Source of the DNA: Azolla caroliniana
Taxonomy: Eukaryota > Plantae > Polypodiophyta
Assembly (NCBI GenBank): GCA_043228905.1
Contig: JBHGNT010000009.1
Location: 1,674,001 to 1,738,000, forward strand
Direction of reading: 5' to 3'
DNA: 64,000 bases
Every line of letters begins with the position of its first letter. Position 1 is the stretch's first letter. Both the position numbers and the translations under genes were made by a program. Positions 62,596 through 64,000 of this stretch are shown one piece after another. The notes beneath the pieces were generated by a model. It searched no databases. It was not told the DNA's origin and worked only from the letters and a program-made list of their open reading frames with translations.

Positions 62596-62999
62596 TTCCT
62601 TAAATCACATTGCATTATAAGACCGGATTTGAACCTTGCACCTCTAGCTATAAGTTAATAAGACTATCCAGTAGCCCATTAACTCTCTCTTATATTCTAT
62701 CTCTACAAATTCATAGCCTATCTCCTCTCTATTTTTTATCTCTCCTCTCTCTTACTTTTAACACGAGCTTCTATATATCCTTTCTACCCTTTCTTTTCCC
62801 TTTTCTTTTGCATGTGCACAATTAATTGCCTTTGTGTGCACACACATTGCACATGCACATTTTGACCCCCCCCCTTTCGCCGGTTTTTTCCCACTCTCAA
62901 GCACGCCACATCACGACATCAGTGTAGTACACCATCGATTTCGAAAATTTAGCCTCATTAGTTTTGCAACATCATCAGTACCATCAATCCGCTCATATT

Positions 63000-63480
63000 A
63001 AGCTCTTAGTGTAGTTATTAATGTGTGCCAGATAAGCTTAATCAATTCAGCTGGAGGGCGTTTGTGTGTTGAAAATACCCAGGTACACCTTGTTGTCCAT
63101 ATACACCATATAGTAATGGGGGCAAGCAATGTCCAAAGATCTCCAATGTTTTTGATTCTATGCACAAGTTGTAGGTACCAGGTTGTCAGTGATCAACCAA
63201 ACAATGCCATGCTCCCCTCTGTACTGAGCATCGCATGTGCTATTGTATATCACCACATCATCCTCAAGACAAATCCAGGAAGCATGTCCCCAGTTGAGGG
63301 TGAACAAACTAGAGGCATGGCAAAGCAAACATAGTGCCCTTCCCCATACAACCATTGCCCCACGACATTCCCATAGACAATGGGAAATGCTTTCTATCTG
63401 TCCACATGCAATACATCTAGGGTCTACATTGGGGCCTTTACCCCACGTCCCTACCGGCAAACTCTATGTGCAATAAGTCA
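63000..63480 (-). mobile_element. LINE ORF2 C-terminal zinc-binding (zf-RVT) fragment
   Basis: LPVGTW..DPRCIACGQIESISHCLWEC..VW, a CX2CX7HX4C-type LINE zinc knuckle. Confidence 0.75.
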
Positions 63481-64000
63481 TAAGAAATCAATTCCTCATA
63501 TTATTTTCTATATTCAAATGTTTAATGCAAATTTATGAGGAACAAATTTTTATGTTTATCTTTGTATATGTAAAAATGTTAAATCTATATCCACATATTT
63601 GTCAATGCCTACATGAAATTGTTGGGTTCCACTATTATGTCAAGTTTACACAACTTCTCATTTAGCAATTGTATTCGTCATACGATTTTGGGTCACTTCC
63701 AAATGTGGGAAAGAGAGCCATATGCTCATTGTTCAATGTTGTCATGCATTTTTTATCAAAGCTTGAATTCAAGGATCACAATGGAAAATGCCCTAAACGT
63801 CTTGTTCCTTAGTTCCACATGCAAGAATAATGATGGGGTAATATTTAAGTTTCATGTGCTTCAAATTCGCAATGTGGCAATGAGATGATGGAAAAGTATA
63901 CAAATAAAGTTTGAATCATATCTTAATTTGTGATGTGGAAAAAGGAGTATATACAATGAAGAAATCATATATGTTAATGTGTAATGGGTACCATTGGAAA

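Overview
AT-rich, intron-containing nuclear DNA of a land plant; a fern or other non-seed plant is my inference from sequence style, not something the sequence proves. There are five protein-coding loci: an intronless ATX3/4/5-like H3K4 SET methyltransferase (likely retrogene), a 6-exon mitochondrial RRM-like protein, a 9-exon NDUFAF2/B17.2L-like complex I assembly factor, a 3-exon alpha-expansin, and a 2-exon locus encoding two homologous Cys-rich transmembrane microproteins that become in-frame after splicing. Five U5 snRNA genes sit about 2 kb apart at 33.5-41.9 kb. Their USE-TATA spacing is about one helical turn shorter than the angiosperm Pol II rule. The rest is nested Ty1/copia and Ty3/gypsy debris, LINE and CACTA remnants, MITEs (including a clean pogo/Tc1-type element with TA target-site duplication), a candidate solo LTR and many local tandem duplications. 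All exon models were read by eye and need RNA-seq confirmation.
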